Assembly: GCA_963976885.1 (NCBI GenBank)
Contig: CAXBNM010000001.1
Location: forward strand, 1-58,339
Direction: 5' to 3'
Length of the DNA stretch: 58,339 bases
Source: an uncultured Burkholderiaceae bacterium
Lineage (GTDB): Bacteria > Pseudomonadota > Gammaproteobacteria > Burkholderiales > Burkholderiaceae_E
A model generated the notes under the pieces. That model did no database searches. It saw only the letters and a list, made by a program, of their open reading frames with translations, and was not told where the DNA came from. This document shows, in pieces, positions 24,736 to 34,035 of the stretch (within the stretch, counting starts at the first letter, position 1; every line of letters begins with the position of its first letter). The position numbers were made by a program, and so were the translations under genes.

Positions 24736-26105
24736 GGTTGCCAGCGCCACCACTGACGCGCCAGCGCATCGAGCAGATCACCGGCCCAGCGGGTAAGCAG
24801 ATTCTGGCGTGGACCGGGCAGGTGAACCGTACCGCGCTGGCCGGACTTGAGCGCATGCGTCGAACCGATCAGACGCGCATGAACCGGGACGACGTTGCGG
24901 CCATCAATGACACTGGCCACAGGCGCTACCCGGTTGACCTCGATATCGATCCGGTCCCAGGGCAGGGCGCTGGGCGCAAGTTGGCCACGCTGCCCGATGT
25001 GTACCTGCGCAATGTCGTTCTCATCGACTTCGATAAGTACCCGCAAGGAATCGTCCGGGGCCAGCGTGAACAATGCCTCGCCGCGCGTGACCGGCATGTT
25101 CAGGCGTTCGATCAGATCACCGTGCAGGACGGGGGCCGCCATCGGGGCCCGAATATCGGCCTGAGCGATCTGCATGTCCAGCAAGGCAATACGGGCGTTG
25201 GCCTGGTCGATCTGAGCACGCGCAGTGGCCATGGTCGATCGGTCGTTGCTCACCATGGCGGCGTTCACCGCAACCTGATGCTGAGCCAGGTCGGCCTGCA
25301 ACTGATTGCGCTCGAGTTCAAGTTCATCGGTACGCAAAGTCGCCAGCAGCTGGCCGGCTTGCACGATATCGCCGGGTCGGACCTGAACTGATTCGAGAAA
25401 GCCGTCGACCGGTGCGGTGATTTCACGTTCGATGGCGCCTTCCAGATGCGCCTGACTGCTGATGGGTTGCTCGAACGGAATCAGCAAACCCACGGCGACG
25501 CCAATCGCACCGGCCAGCAACCAGCGACGGCGTCGGCGCGCTGCCGGTCGGGTGTTGCGAGCCTGGCGCAGCAGGCGAGCCCATAGCAGGCGATGAACAG
25601 GCTCATCGGTTTGTTCGTTCAGGCGCAGCAGTCGCGAACACGGTGCCAGCAAGTGCTCGAGAAAGCTGATCAGCAAACCCAGACGTTGCCGGCTCTGAGC
25701 GCTGGCGGGCGGTAAAGTCGCGGCGGGCATTTCCACACAGAGCGCGCCGACCGCCTGGTTATCGAGCGCCATCGGCACGCTGAGTACGCTGCCGCCACTC
25801 TGGTGGGCCAGGGCGCGTTGCGCGGCGGTGATGGCGCCACTTGGATGCTGACCGAGGCTGTGCACACTGCATTGCGCGAACATGGCTTCATCGGCGGCGG
25901 CCAGCAGGCTGTTGCGCAGCTCGGTGTTCAGTGCGGCAACTGGCGCGTTCGAGACGGCAACCAGTTCAACTTGCTGGCTTTGCGCGTGCTGCCACGCCAG
26001 ACTCACCCGACTGGCGCCAACCGCCTGTGCCACGCCGGCACACAGCGCCGCGGCGGCGGCGGTAAAACCATCGCCTTCGCTGACCTGCTGATGAATCTGC
26101 AGCAT
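24729..26105 (-). CDS. GAF-domain-containing membrane-fusion protein (HlyD family)
   Basis: Cytoplasmic GAF-like N-terminus (GASRVSLAW...VELVAVSN...LSVPMALDNQAVGALCVEM). Polybasic RRRRRW followed by TM helix LLAGAIGVAVGLLIPF. HlyD hairpin LESVQVRPGDIVQAGQLLATL, coiled coil, then IRAPMAAPV. The ATG at 26105 is preferred. The ORF extends to a TTG at 26231, but that extension is Arg/Pro/Ala-rich. Confidence 0.82.
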   Translation of the reverse strand: MLQIHQQVSEGDGFTAAAAALCAGVAQAVGASRVSLAWQHAQSQQVELVAVSNAPVAALNTELRNSLLAAADEAMFAQCSVHSLGQHPSGAITAAQRALAHQSGGSVLSVPMALDNQAVGALCVEMPAATLPPASAQSRQRLGLLISFLEHLLAPCSRLLRLNEQTDEPVHRLLWARLLRQARNTRPAARRRRRWLLAGAIGVAVGLLIPFEQPISSQAHLEGAIEREITAPVDGFLESVQVRPGDIVQAGQLLATLRTDELELERNQLQADLAQHQVAVNAAMVSNDRSTMATARAQIDQANARIALLDMQIAQADIRAPMAAPVLHGDLIERLNMPVTRGEALFTLAPDDSLRVLIEVDENDIAQVHIGQRGQLAPSALPWDRIDIEVNRVAPVASVIDGRNVVPVHARLIGSTHALKSGQRGTVHLPGPRQNLLTRWAGDLLDALARQWWRWQPW

Positions 26106-26455
26106 CCGGGCCGCGGTCAGGCCCGATGTTTCGTCCGGGTTACTGGTCGTGCCGCCGTTGCGCACAGGCGCGGCTCCGCCGGCGCGGGGCGCAGGCGATC
26201 GCAGCGGTCGGGAACGCAGAGCAACAGACAAGATTTTGGCTCAAATGACACTTGGAATGCCTAGTTTGGGCGGTGCGGCGCGGCTGCGGCGAGACTGGCC
26301 GGTGAGTGTCCGATAGGTGGTCACCGGACAGGTACCAGCGGCTCAGAATGCGATGTGAATGCAACCGGTATCCTTCGGGGATTCCGATTTTGCTCGGGCC
26401 GGCACAGGCCGCGGGCTTTCTACCCCTTTGATTGCACGTTAGCAAGGAGACAGCA

Positions 26456-27223
26456 ATGAAATTATTTGACATGACTGGCCAGACCGCCGTGGTGACGGGT
26501 TCCAGTCGCGGGATAGGCCTGGCCATTGCGCATGCGTTGGCCGCTGCCGGCGCCAATGTGGTGGTGTCCAGCCGCAAGGTCGACGCCTGCGAAGCGGCGG
26601 TCAAGGAAATCACCGCCGCCGGCGGCAAGGCCATCGCGGTGCCGGCCAATATTTCGCGTCGTGAAGACCTCGAAAATCTGGTCGCTGAGACCAAAAAGCA
26701 GTTCGGGCCAGTCAATGCGCTTATCTGCAACGCCGCCTCAAACCCTTACTTCGGCCCCAGTTCGGGCATGAGCGATGAGGTTTTCAGCAAGGTGATGCAG
26801 AACAATGTACTGAGCAATCACTGGTTGTCGCAACTGGTGTACCCCGACATGAAAGCCGCCGGCGGTGGCGCGATTGTTATCGTGTCTTCGATTGGCGGTC
26901 TCAAAGGCTCGTCCGAGATCGGCTTGTACTGCATCTCCAAGGCGGCCGATATGCAGCTGGCCCGCAACCTGGCGGTGGAGTGGGGCCCGGACAACGTTCG
27001 CGTCAACTGCATTGCTCCTGGCCTGATCAAGACCGACTTCGCCAAGGCCTTGTATGAAGACCCGAAGCGCAAGGCCGCGGCCGAAGCCCGTTATCCGTTG
27101 CGTCGTCTGGGTGAGCCCGACGATATTGCCGGCGTTGCCGTCATGCTGGCCAGCCGTGCCGGTTCGTTCCTGACCGGTCAGACGCTGGTTGTGGATGGTG
27201 GCGTGACCATTTCTGGCACCTGA
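26456..27223 (+). CDS. SDR-family oxidoreductase
   Basis: aaggaga RBS precedes the ATG at 26456. TGSSRGIG cofactor motif and YCISKAA (YxxxK) catalytic motif. Confidence 0.9.
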   Translation: MKLFDMTGQTAVVTGSSRGIGLAIAHALAAAGANVVVSSRKVDACEAAVKEITAAGGKAIAVPANISRREDLENLVAETKKQFGPVNALICNAASNPYFGPSSGMSDEVFSKVMQNNVLSNHWLSQLVYPDMKAAGGGAIVIVSSIGGLKGSSEIGLYCISKAADMQLARNLAVEWGPDNVRVNCIAPGLIKTDFAKALYEDPKRKAAAEARYPLRRLGEPDDIAGVAVMLASRAGSFLTGQTLVVDGGVTISGT

Positions 27224-27240
27224 GCAAGTGCGCTGACGGG

Positions 27241-27262
27241 CCGGCGCTAGCGGTAGCGCCGG
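27241..27262. terminator. GC-rich hairpin between convergent genes (possible bidirectional terminator, no T-tract)
   Basis: ccggcgcta (27241-27249) / tagcgccgg (27254-27262) with a 4-nt loop. It overlaps the stop of the minus-strand small ORF. Confidence 0.35.
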
Positions 27263-27594
27263 ATGCCGCGCGCACTGATGCGTTTGTGCGGGGCTTGTTC
27301 CCCGTACAGACAGCCATTGATACCGAGCAACCAGGATAAGGTAATCAGGGCGCAACCAATATCAATGATCAAACCGAAGTGATAGAACTGTTCGACATCG
27401 AACAGCGCATGGCTGAGCCGGACCGTCAGATAGCCGACCACAATTGTCGTCAGGACGTGAACAGTCCCCGACAAAGCGGTGCTTTCGAAAAAGTCGCGTA
27501 GTTCCTCGGCGATCAGGGTGGAGACGAAAAACAAACCGCACGGCACCGCGAACATGACGAGGAACAGGCCTAGCTGTAGCAAGCCGTTGGTCAA
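27247..27594 (-). CDS. Small hypothetical integral membrane protein
   Basis: The translation has 3-4 hydrophobic helices (LLQLGLFLVMFAVPCGLFFVSTLI, VHVLTTIVVGYLTV, GLIIDIGCALITLSWLLG). TTG start at 27594, or ATG at 27555. No recognised family. Confidence 0.45.
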   Translation of the reverse strand: MTNGLLQLGLFLVMFAVPCGLFFVSTLIAEELRDFFESTALSGTVHVLTTIVVGYLTVRLSHALFDVEQFYHFGLIIDIGCALITLSWLLGINGCLYGEQAPHKRISARGIRRYR

Positions 27595-27832
27595 CCTGAT
27601 GCCCCAAAGATGAAACGAGTCAAGGGGAGTGTGACCATTTTCCCACGCTGTTTATAGCAAGCGCGGGGCTAACGGCTGATGTTCGCTGATCGGTGGTGAG
27701 TGCTGCGAGAGTGCGTTGGTGCCAGCAGAATTCGGCCGGCGGCGGGCGGACCGTTCATCGGGCGCGCCCGTCCGCGCAGGGCCAAAGACGGGCCTCGCGC
27801 AGGTGTGGCAATCGGGTTAGAAGCTCAGTGTC

Positions 27833-28705
27833 TCAGGACTTGGCTTCGCCGATGGTGCCGGCTTTGACGGGCAAGTCGACAAATTTTGGCGCCCGCTTCT
27901 CGCGCTGGGCAAGCATGGCTTCGCCGATTTCTTCCAGATTCAGAAAACTGGCGTTCCAGATGCTGATGTAGTCGAGGGTGGCGGCCGTTGGATTGTCGCG
28001 AGCATGCGTGATGATTTTCTTGCAACCATAGACTGCCATCGGCGCCTTGCTGGCAATTTCGGTGGCGGTGGCCATTACCGCCTCCAGCATCGCATTCTGA
28101 TCGGGGTAAACCGCATTGACCAGACCCACCGATTTGGCTTCGTCGGCACTCATCCGGCGGCCGGTATAGGCCAGTTCCCGGGCAACACCTTCGGGAATGA
28201 GCTTGACGATGCGCGGAAAGGTGCCGACGTCAGCGGTCATGCCGATGTTGGTTTCAAAAATCGTGAAGAACGCATCGGCGGTGGCATAACGCATGCAACA
28301 AGCCGTGGTCAGATCGACGCCGGCGCCAATGCAGCCCCCCTGAATGGCGGCCAGTACGGGAATTCGGCATTGCTCGAGCGCGGTGAAGCTTTCCTGCATC
28401 ACCCTGACCCGATTGTAGAAATCGGCGCCGTGCTGAATGCGACGCTGGCGCTTGCCTTCGGGCGTGTCGTCAGCCGCGTTCTTGCCGTGCTGGCCGAACA
28501 TGTTGACATCGATGCCGCTGGAGAAATGCGGTCCCGTTGAGGAAATCACGATGACCCGGGCCAGCGACTGGCTGTCAATGTGTTCAATCACGCGCGGCAG
28601 TTCGTCCCAGAACTCACGCACCATGGCATTGCGCTTGTCGGGTCGGTTCAGCACGATATGCGCAATCTGATTTTCAATCGTCAGGTCAAAACAAGTCGCT
28701 TGCAT
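27833..28705 (-). CDS. Crotonase-family enzyme (enoyl-CoA hydratase / dienoyl-CoA isomerase-like)
   Basis: IAHIVLNRPDKRNAM...VISSTGPHFSSGIDV...LAAIQGGCIGAGVDL are typical crotonase-fold motifs. Confidence 0.88.
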   Translation of the reverse strand: MQATCFDLTIENQIAHIVLNRPDKRNAMVREFWDELPRVIEHIDSQSLARVIVISSTGPHFSSGIDVNMFGQHGKNAADDTPEGKRQRRIQHGADFYNRVRVMQESFTALEQCRIPVLAAIQGGCIGAGVDLTTACCMRYATADAFFTIFETNIGMTADVGTFPRIVKLIPEGVARELAYTGRRMSADEAKSVGLVNAVYPDQNAMLEAVMATATEIASKAPMAVYGCKKIITHARDNPTAATLDYISIWNASFLNLEEIGEAMLAQREKRAPKFVDLPVKAGTIGEAKS

Positions 28706-28797
28706 GAGACTTCCTTGTGGCTAAAGGTGAGAATGGATCGGGCAATCCGGATGGGCCGCTTGCTATTGGCGGCCTGGCGGGCATGGCCGGTGCGACT

Positions 28798-29481
28798 TCA
28801 GCGCTGCACGTTGCTGCGTGCGCCCTCGGAAAACGCCTTGGTCGCGTCTTTGTCGTTCACGATATTGGGCGTGGCCGCCGGCTGGGCGATGCCACGCTGC
28901 GCGGCGGGGCGTTCGCGGATCGCGTCGCGCCAGCGCTTCAGATGGGGCAGGCCGTCGGCACTGACCCCCGACCACTTGTAGGTGCGCACCCAGCACCAGT
29001 TGGCGATGTCGGCAATCGAATACTCGTCGGCCAGCCACTCGCTTTCGGCCAGCCGGGTATCGAGTACCTCGAACAAGCGACGCGATTCGTTCTGAAAGCG
29101 GTCAATGGCTGCCGGCACCTGCTCGGGGAAGTAGCGGTAGAACACATTGGCATTGCCCATCATCGGGCCGATGCCGCTCATCTGAAACATCAGCCATTGC
29201 ATCACTTTGGCTTTGCCGGCCGGGTCTGCGGGCATGAGCCGGCCGGTTTTCTCCGCGAGATAAACCATGATGGCGCCCGACTCGAAGATCACCAGATCGT
29301 TCGCATCACGGTCGACGATGACCGGAATCCGCCCGTTCGGATTCATGCGCAGGAACTCGGGGGTTTTCTGCTCCTGCTTGCGCAAGTCGATGGCGTGCAC
29401 GGTGTAGGGCAGGCCGAGTTCTTCGAGCGTGACCGAGGCTTTGTAGCCGTTCGGCGTTGAGGAGGTGTACAGGTCGATCAT
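28798..29481 (-). CDS. Glutathione S-transferase (Nu-class, YfcG/YghU-like)
   Basis: [26 protein letters not shown]...[16 protein letters not shown] resembles the YfcG N-terminus. The ATG at 29481 is chosen by homology over the ORF start at 29502. Confidence 0.85.
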   Translation of the reverse strand: MIDLYTSSTPNGYKASVTLEELGLPYTVHAIDLRKQEQKTPEFLRMNPNGRIPVIVDRDANDLVIFESGAIMVYLAEKTGRLMPADPAGKAKVMQWLMFQMSGIGPMMGNANVFYRYFPEQVPAAIDRFQNESRRLFEVLDTRLAESEWLADEYSIADIANWCWVRTYKWSGVSADGLPHLKRWRDAIRERPAAQRGIAQPAATPNIVNDKDATKAFSEGARSNVQR

Positions 29482-29502
29482 CGGTTTACTCGCGGGACGC
29501 AA

Positions 29503-30288
29503 TCAGCTCTTGCGCTCTTCAAAGAAGCGGGCAATCGACGCATCGTGCTCGCTGGTGTGGTGGGCCAGCGCCTGCAGACTTGCCGACAGCGTGAGCGTGT
29601 CATCAAGACGGCCGGTCTGGGCCTGGCGCATCAGGCGCTTGGCCATGCGCAGGGCCGGGCCGGAGTTGGCGGCCATGCGTGCGGCCAGACCCTGGGCGGT
29701 GGGCAGCAACTGGTCGGGGGCAACGACTTGCGACACCAGCCCCCAGGCCAGCGCCGTCTGCGCGTCGATCATGTCGCCGGTGAAGCTCATTTCAGCGGCC
29801 CGCTGATAGCCGATGGCACGCTGCAACAACCAGGCGCCGCCGTCGCCGGGAATGATGCCCAGCTTGACGAAGCTTTCGGCGAAGCGGGCTTTCTCGGAAG
29901 CAATGCGGATGTCGCACATGCAGGCCAGATCGCAACCGGCGCCAACGGCAGCACCGTTGACTGCGGCAATCGTCGGCACTTCGAGGTTGTGCAAGGCCAG
30001 CGGAATGCGCTGAATGCCGCGCAGATAGCCCTCGGAAATTTCAAACGGCGTGCCGGCCGCGATGCCTTTCTTGTCGCGCATGTCCTTGACATTGCCACCG
30101 GCCGAGAAGGCGCTGCCGGCACCGGTCAGCACGACGGCGCGTATGCTCGAATCGGCACCGATACGTTCGCAACACGCGACGATTTCATCCCATTGCGCTT
30201 GCGTACTCAGCGCGTTGCGCTCGTCGGGGCGGTTCAGGGTCAGGGTGGCGACGCCTTCGTGCGCCTCGAATTGAACGAAATCACTCAT
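29503..30288 (-). CDS. Enoyl-CoA hydratase/isomerase family protein
   Basis: ggaga RBS precedes the ATG at 30288. VATLTLNRPDERNAL...VLTGAGSAFSAGGNV...IAAVNGAAVGAGCDLA. Confidence 0.9.
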   Translation of the reverse strand: MSDFVQFEAHEGVATLTLNRPDERNALSTQAQWDEIVACCERIGADSSIRAVVLTGAGSAFSAGGNVKDMRDKKGIAAGTPFEISEGYLRGIQRIPLALHNLEVPTIAAVNGAAVGAGCDLACMCDIRIASEKARFAESFVKLGIIPGDGGAWLLQRAIGYQRAAEMSFTGDMIDAQTALAWGLVSQVVAPDQLLPTAQGLAARMAANSGPALRMAKRLMRQAQTGRLDDTLTLSASLQALAHHTSEHDASIARFFEERKS

Positions 30289-30377
30289 GAATGAGTCTCC
30301 GGTAGATCGCCCGCTCAGACAAATGAGCGGGTCATTGTGGTTTGAGAAAAGCAAGGCCGGCTCAGTGCCGGCCAGAC

Positions 30378-31256
30378 TCAGGCTGGTTTGTTCAGACTGG
30401 TCGTGTCGGTGATGAAGGCCCACAGCGTGTCGGCGGCCAGAACTTTTTCGCCAAGCGCTTCGGCGCAGGCCAGTGAGCTTTGTTGCAAGTGGCCGAGTTC
30501 ATCGCGCCAGCGCAGCAGATTCAGGCTGTGCCGGTGCAGGAAATACTCCTGCGTGAAACCGATGGCGCCATGCACCTGATGACTGACCCGGTGGACGTTG
30601 GCAATCGCATTGGCAACCACCAGAGTGGCCGCCTGCAACAAGGGTTCAACGCGGTCGGCCATCAGACCGGACTGGCCGACCGCAGCCAGCACGAGATCGG
30701 TAGCCGTCGTGGCGGCGGCCGCTTCTGCGGCGGCCACGGCCAGCTCGTGCTGAATGGCCTGAAAGCGCGCCAGCGGCCGACCGAACTGCACCCGGTCTTG
30801 CGCATAGCTAATGGACAGATCGAGCGCAGCCTGCATCGCGCCGGTGGCTTGCGCGCAGCGGGCCAGGGTCAGGCCGCGCCGGGCGGTCGCGTCGAGGGCG
30901 TCAACCCATTCGGCCGGGCCGGCACGGTAGGGCTCGGGGGCGGCCATGATGGCCAGTTGCTGATTGTTCATGATCAGCAGCACCGCCATATCGACCGGCG
31001 TGGCGTGGCGGGCCTGTTCGCGCAGGATGGTGGCGGCGTCCGGCCAGGCTTCATGGTCGGCGGCCGGATCGTTCAAGACCGCATCAAAACCCAGTTCGGT
31101 CAGTTGCTTGAGCAGCTTGGCGCGCTGCGCCAGTGTGCTTTCACCGGCGGGCAGGCTGGCGGTCAGATCATGAAAGGTGCGCCGGGCGGCTTCGGTCAGA
31201 ATCGGATCGGGCTGCGCCAGCGGCGTGAGTTCCGGTGTGTTGTCGGTGGCAGTCAT
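30378..31256 (-). CDS. Acyl-CoA dehydrogenase-like protein, short form (C-terminal helical domain, probable non-catalytic partner subunit)
   Basis: The 292-aa product aligns by eye to the ACAD C-terminal domain (AQDRVQFGRPLARFQAIQHELA) but lacks the N-terminal half. Its start overlaps the upstream ACAD stop by 1 nt (TGATG at 31254-31258). Confidence 0.75.
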   Translation of the reverse strand: MTATDNTPELTPLAQPDPILTEAARRTFHDLTASLPAGESTLAQRAKLLKQLTELGFDAVLNDPAADHEAWPDAATILREQARHATPVDMAVLLIMNNQQLAIMAAPEPYRAGPAEWVDALDATARRGLTLARCAQATGAMQAALDLSISYAQDRVQFGRPLARFQAIQHELAVAAAEAAAATTATDLVLAAVGQSGLMADRVEPLLQAATLVVANAIANVHRVSHQVHGAIGFTQEYFLHRHSLNLLRWRDELGHLQQSSLACAEALGEKVLAADTLWAFITDTTSLNKPA

Positions 31257-32395
31257 CAGCGTAGTCCCAGGCCGCGCGCGACGACGCCGCGCAGAATTTC
31301 TCGGGTCCCGCCGCGCAGCGACCAGGACGGTGAGTACAACGTGGCCTCGGTGAGCGCGTCGTACAACTCGGCGCTCGGTTGAGCCACCTCGGCTACCAGC
31401 TCGCGCAGGATGTCGATTTGCTGTTGCTCAAAGCTGTTGCCCAGGTCTTTGATGAACGAAGCTTCGAGATTCGGCGTGGCGCCTTGTTGCAGACTCGCGG
31501 CTACCGACACCGACATCGTGCGCAGCGCAATCAGTTTGGCGGCCAGGCGTCCGATGGCTGCCTTGATGCGCGGACTCGGTTGCTGGCGGGCGGCGTCAAT
31601 GATGGCCTCGGCCAGGCGGATGCAGGTCAGGTAGCGCTCGGGGCCGCTGCGCTCGTAGGCCAGTTCGCTGGTCACCTGCTGCCAGCCGTTGCCGGGTTCG
31701 CCAACCATGTTCTCGGCAGGAACGAAGGTGTCATCGAAGACGACCTCGTTGAATTCGCGATGGCCGGCCATGTTGATGATCGGATTGATCTGTACCTTCG
31801 GGTCGTGCAGATCGACGATCAGTTGTGACAGACCTTCGTGGCGTGATTCGCCGGCATCGCCGGTTCTGACCAGCACGATAGCGTAATGGTTCACATGGGC
31901 GAAGGTCGTCCAGACCTTGCGGCCGGTCACTTTCCAGCCACCCTCGACCGGTACGGCCCGGGTGCGCACCGAGGCCAGATCCGAGCCCGAATCGGGTTCG
32001 CTCATGCCAATGGCAAAAAAGCACTCGCCGCGGGCGATTTTCGGCAGGTAGGTCTGGCGCTGCTCTTCGCTGCCAAAGCGCAGCAATAACGGGCCGCTCT
32101 GCCGGTCGCCGATCCAGTGGGCCGCCATGGGCGCGTTGGCCGCAATCAGCTCTTCGGTGACGACCAGTCGTTCGAGGGTGGAGGCGTCCTGACCACCATA
32201 GGCCTTGGGCCAGGTCATGCCAATCCAGCCGCGAGCGCCCAGACGGGCCGAAAAACCGGCGTCGTGGGCCGTACTGAAATCACCGCGGCGCTGCCAGTGG
32301 CCGGCAGCCTTTTCATCGGCAATGAATTGTCGCACCTGGGCGCGCAGCGCATCGGCGGCGGGGGGCAGGGCGTAAATGGGAAAGTTAACGTTCAT
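31256..32395 (-). CDS. Acyl-CoA dehydrogenase
   Basis: ATG at 32395 (MNVNFPIY...). GWIGMTWPKAYGG, FAIGMSEPDSGSD, and a full-length ACAD layout. Confidence 0.88.
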   Translation of the reverse strand: MNVNFPIYALPPAADALRAQVRQFIADEKAAGHWQRRGDFSTAHDAGFSARLGARGWIGMTWPKAYGGQDASTLERLVVTEELIAANAPMAAHWIGDRQSGPLLLRFGSEEQRQTYLPKIARGECFFAIGMSEPDSGSDLASVRTRAVPVEGGWKVTGRKVWTTFAHVNHYAIVLVRTGDAGESRHEGLSQLIVDLHDPKVQINPIINMAGHREFNEVVFDDTFVPAENMVGEPGNGWQQVTSELAYERSGPERYLTCIRLAEAIIDAARQQPSPRIKAAIGRLAAKLIALRTMSVSVAASLQQGATPNLEASFIKDLGNSFEQQQIDILRELVAEVAQPSAELYDALTEATLYSPSWSLRGGTREILRGVVARGLGLR

Positions 32396-32532
32396 AACCC
32401 GATTCTGCCCGATTCCCGGTGAAGGGTTCGCGGACGCGCAGCCAGCCGCTGAAACGTCAGGCCAGACCTGCACTGGCAACTTTGCGACAAAGCGGGCTCG
32501 ACGCGTGCAGCGGGCATGAAATAATCGCGCTC

Positions 32533-34023
32533 ATGACCATGCCCCGACTTCTTTACTCCGCAGCATTGAAACTGCGCTGCCTGCCGTTGCTGTTGCTGAC
32601 CGTTTGTGTCCTGGCTGGCGGGCCGGTACTGGCGGCTGCACCGGGGAGCGACGCCCAGCAACAACTCGTCGGCCAATGGTTGCAAGACGTTGGCGCCGGC
32701 GGTGATCAGGTCAGCGTGCAGGTACGGGCGCTGGATAACGGCGAGTCATTGCTGGCCGTCAATGAAGCAGCGACCCTGAACCCGGCCTCAAGTATCAAAC
32801 TGCTGACCACTTACGCCGGCTTGTTGCAACTGGGGGCCGATTACCGCTGGCAGACCCGTTTCTATCTGGACGGCAAACTTGTCAATGGCGTCTTGCAGGG
32901 CGATCTGGTGCTGGTTGGCGGCGGTGACCCCAAGCTCGTGATCGAAGATCTGCTGGCCGCGCTCGGGCAGATGCGCAGTGCCGGCCTGCGGCACATTACC
33001 GGCGATCTGCGGCTGGACAATGCCTTGTACGCGACGCCGGCCGCGGCTCGTGTGGTGTTCGACGGCCAGGCGTCCGAGCCCTATAACGTCTGGCCCGATG
33101 CGGCGATGCTCAACTTCAAGTCGACCAAATTCGTGGTCACGCCGCGGCGCGGCAAGGCTGAGCTGACACTTGATCCGCCATTGGCGGGAATTACCGTACA
33201 TAACCGTATCCAGCTTACCCGTGGGGGTTGTCGTTTCCGGGCCAGCGGTCTGAGCATCCGCGAGCAGATGCCGGCCGGCCAAACGGCCGGCGCGCCGCTG
33301 CTTGAGGTTGGCGGGCGCTACTCGCAGGGTTGCGGACAAGGGCATTCCTTTCATGCCGTGCTCGATCATGTGAGCTTCAGTGGCGCGTTGTTTCGGGCCG
33401 CCTGGGAGCAACTGGGCGGGCGCTGGGATGGCGTGGCCAGGCGCGAGCCGCGCCGCCAACAGCCGCGCAGCGAGGCACCCTGGTACACCTGGCAGTCGCC
33501 GCGGACACTGGCCGACATCGTCACCGACATCAACAAGTTCAGCAATAACGTGATGACGCGCCAGCTGATGCTGCAACTGGCCGCCGAACGTGGCGAGCCG
33601 GTTGTCGATGAGGCCTCGGCCCGCCGTCAGGTGACCGCGACCCTACGTTTGCAAGGCCTGGCCTTGCCGGGTCTGGTGCTCGATAACGGTGCCGGTCTGT
33701 CGCGTCATGCCCGGGTGTCGGCGGCCGGTCTGACAGAACTGCTCGCCCATGCGGCCGCCGGCCCGTTTGCCGATGTGTTGCGTTTGTCGTTGCCGGTAGT
33801 GGGCGTGGATGGCACGATGCGCGCGCGCCTGCGCAAGCATCCGGTGGCCGGCAATGGCTGGATCAAGACCGGCAGCCTGGCCGATGTGCGTTCGATGGCC
33901 GGTTATGTCGATGCGCAATCGGGGCGGCGCTATGCGCTGGCGTTGATCGTCAATGGCGCGGGCGCGCGAGCCAGTCTGCCCATGCAGGACCGGCTGCTGC
34001 GCTGGGTGTACGAAAACGGCTGA
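32533..34023 (+). CDS. dacB: D-alanyl-D-alanine carboxypeptidase/endopeptidase (PBP4, peptidase S13)
   Basis: Signal peptide after the ATG at 32533. SxxK (ASSIKLL), SxN (FSNNVM) and KTG (IKTGSL) motifs. Confidence 0.88.
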   Translation: MTMPRLLYSAALKLRCLPLLLLTVCVLAGGPVLAAAPGSDAQQQLVGQWLQDVGAGGDQVSVQVRALDNGESLLAVNEAATLNPASSIKLLTTYAGLLQLGADYRWQTRFYLDGKLVNGVLQGDLVLVGGGDPKLVIEDLLAALGQMRSAGLRHITGDLRLDNALYATPAAARVVFDGQASEPYNVWPDAAMLNFKSTKFVVTPRRGKAELTLDPPLAGITVHNRIQLTRGGCRFRASGLSIREQMPAGQTAGAPLLEVGGRYSQGCGQGHSFHAVLDHVSFSGALFRAAWEQLGGRWDGVARREPRRQQPRSEAPWYTWQSPRTLADIVTDINKFSNNVMTRQLMLQLAAERGEPVVDEASARRQVTATLRLQGLALPGLVLDNGAGLSRHARVSAAGLTELLAHAAAGPFADVLRLSLPVVGVDGTMRARLRKHPVAGNGWIKTGSLADVRSMAGYVDAQSGRRYALALIVNGAGARASLPMQDRLLRWVYENG

Positions 34024-34035
34024 GGCCGGCCGAGC

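Noticed and set aside
4287-26231. Labelling the 22-kb accessory locus a genomic island or mobile element
   Set aside because: There is no integrase, transposase, tRNA gene or flanking direct repeats in the window. The slightly lower GC of the giant gene can be explained by amino-acid composition.
26232-26455. Search for a small RiPP-like precursor peptide gene upstream of the GAF-MFP gene
   Set aside because: Hand translation of the minus strand found no ATG and only a trivial GTG ORF (5 codons), so no candidate precursor is visible there.
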